A DNA stretch of 64,000 nt, taken from Psammoneis japonica. Taxonomy: Eukaryota. A model generated the notes under the pieces. The model searched no databases, was not told where the DNA came from, and saw only the letters and a list, made by a program, of their open reading frames with translations. Below are positions 61,783 to 64,000 of the stretch, in pieces (position 1 is the first letter of the stretch; every line of letters starts with the position of its first letter). A program made the translations under genes and the position numbers. Location of the stretch: assembly GCA_008632985.1 (NCBI GenBank), contig QPGO01000230.1, forward strand, positions 1 through 64,000. Reading direction: 5' to 3'.

Positions 61783-63009
61783 TTGCGCCAAGGTGGTGCG
61801 GGCACAAAAGTGGGCCAGATTCTACGTGCACAGAGCTCAGCATGTTTTCTGCACAAATCGCCAAAGTCGGCTTGCCAACTTGAACCCTCTCCCGGACGAT
61901 GGAAACTTGGACATTTCACATGACAAAGTTTTTAAACCACTTTTGATTGCACTCCCCTTGACTTGTTCATGAAGAGAAGTTACAAGTTTCCATGGGTTTC
62001 TCGTTTTGTGTGGCTCTTTAAAACTCGAACGTCGCGGTTTTGGCACCTCTCTGATTAGATTCGTCACACGTCCTCAGAAACCTACAAAAACTTGTAACTT
62101 CTCTTCACAAACAAGTCGAGGGGAGTGCAATTAAGGCAATCGCAGAATGAAGGGGCAAAGGCACGACAATTTGATTTTTCAGGATTTTCGGCAATCGTCC
62201 AGCTGTGCAGGCAGCTCTTTACAAACTGTGCAGGAAATGTGCCAGGGTTTGTGCAGAATTTGACGACGACACAATTCCATTTTGACAGCGACAAGTAGAA
62301 ACCCACATGGTTTTCCAGCGCAAATTTGACAGTGACGCCACAGACGGAATCACTGTCAATGTGCCAATCACCGCATTGTTGTGGGTTTTCGATCACAGGG
62401 AATTCCTCATTTGGCGCTGAATTTCCTAGACAAGGAAATGTGAGAAAATGAGAAAAGGAAAAAACAATTAGTGATTCAATGCGTGGTTGCAACCGTCATG
62501 AACCATTCATCTAGAAGTTGATTTGCACAGAGCCTTTGGCTGCCAAAACACCTCTTTTTGTGCAATGCACTCAATGAGTGAGGCAGACACCATTGGGAGG
62601 CACTTTCTCAAGGACAAAAAGATGTGCTTCCATGGTCTCTTCAAGTGCAATCTGCTCTGAGCAAGCCCACAAAAGCTCAAATTGGTGTGGCAAATCTGGC
62701 GCACATCGTGCAACAAAACAAAAGAGGAAAGCCTCTTTGTTTTCTTCATTTAACAAGCCAATGAGGGGGAAATCAAGATGTGAGCATGAGCGGGGTTTTG
62801 GGTCATGGGGGGCTCCTCTCTCAGCAGCCCCCAAATTTCCTCAGATGAAAGGAAAATTTCCTGCACTTGTTTGGTGCCAGTTGTGACCAACACAGTCCTT
62901 TCATCTTGCAGCCAATGTTGTGGTCCACTCATCTCTGTTGGATGGCCAGCACAGAGCACAGCTGCTGCAGCACTTCAAGCAGCCCGCCACCATGGAGAGC
63001 TTGGCGGCG

Positions 63010-63860
63010 GCTGCTTGTCTCTTGTGCCGCAGATGGCTCCTTTCCTTTTGCAATCATTTTTTCATGCAGAGCTGGCAGAAATGCCATTTGACTGCAGTGG
63101 CACAGCTGCATGATGTGGCCCAATGCCAACATCATGAGAGGAGGCCAGCACCCACTGTGCTGGCGGTGGCTGGCTGGCTGGGCTGTGCCTTGCAGCCGGT
63201 CTTGCCAGCACAGCACCACAAACAAGCACATTTCCTTTGACACCAAACCACAGGAAAATGCACTCTTGATTGCTTGTCTCTTGTGTTGCAGCAGGCAGAT
63301 CCTTTCCTTTTGCAACCATTTTTCACAGAGAGCTGGCTGCTGGATTGCCAAACAACCTTGTCGCTGCTGCTCACAGGCACAGTGTGACAGCAGAACCTGA
63401 CACCTGATTGCTGAAAGTCAGCCTTCAATCTGTCAAGTGCAAACTTAAATTGAAGTGCACAAGCTGTGAGAGCTGAGAGCCTGAGTCTTGTGGCAAAACC
63501 TCACAAAGGGCCTTTGCATTTGCCCTTCTTGCTTGGGTTTTTTCCTGCTGTGCCTCTCTTTTTGCTGGCACACTTGCCAAAGAGAAACAGCACAGCATGC
63601 TGATCATCAGCACTTTTGGCAGGAAAGGTTTGGCAGCAAAAACAGAACATTGGTTGTTGCTGTGCAAGTTGTGAAAATGTGCAGTCTGGGCAGCGGGGCA
63701 CAGCTGCAGGAAGGAGCTTTTGTTGCTCATTTTTGGGTTTTCTCTCATGTCTCTTGCAATTGACACACTTGTCACAGCAAAATGTGGATGTCATGCATTG
63801 ACATTTTTGGCAGGAAAAGGTTTGGTGGCAAGATCAAACATCGGTCATTGCCGCATCATG
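63010..63860. repeat. Short diverged direct repeats
   Basis: About 63012-63078 resembles about 63271-63340. About 63611-63662 resembles about 63802-63853. Confidence 0.5.
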
Positions 63861-64000
63861 GTTGGTTTGTTTTTGTCGCAGCAGCATGAATGTCGTAAAA
63901 CGTCTGTCCATCGTACGTGCGAGTTGAACGTACGTATGGCGTTTTCTCCTCCCCTCCTCCTTTTCCTCTCTTTTTTTTTCATAAACTCGGAGCTGCCTAC

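Noticed and set aside
1..64000. Hundreds of 60-270 aa Cys/His-rich ORFs that could be read as metal-binding or toxin-like peptides
   Set aside because: They occur in all six frames, lack Tyr and follow from TA depletion removing TAA/TAG stops.

Overview
Eukaryotic DNA, most likely from a pennate diatom. The assignment is inferred from CoDi-type copia elements, an RNase H-bearing LINE, a type II membrane LRR gene and a secreted RxL-motif protein. About 57 kb is a nested transposon graveyard. A P-superfamily DNA transposon (18284-44057; 27-bp TIRs, 8-bp TSD) carries a full-length copia LTR element, a full-length LINE with a 20-bp TSD and a 3.5-kb tandem duplication. Other relics include further copia fragments, an exonuclease/Ulp1-bearing transposon and an ankyrin pseudogene. 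Two intact host genes and a MITE form an unmutated island at about 44800-51400. The main observation is that everything outside this island has lost nearly all TpA dinucleotides by TA->TG / TA->CA transitions on both strands. Conserved Tyr codons have become Cys or His, TAA/TAG stops are erased, and duplicated copies differ mostly at TA and CG sites. This is the reverse of fungal RIP. It is context-dependent, patchy, sharply bounded and appears faster than CpG decay, which suggests a repeat-domain-targeted A:T->G:C hypermutation system that I do not know to have been described. Most ORFs in the six-frame track are by-products of this stop-codon loss.
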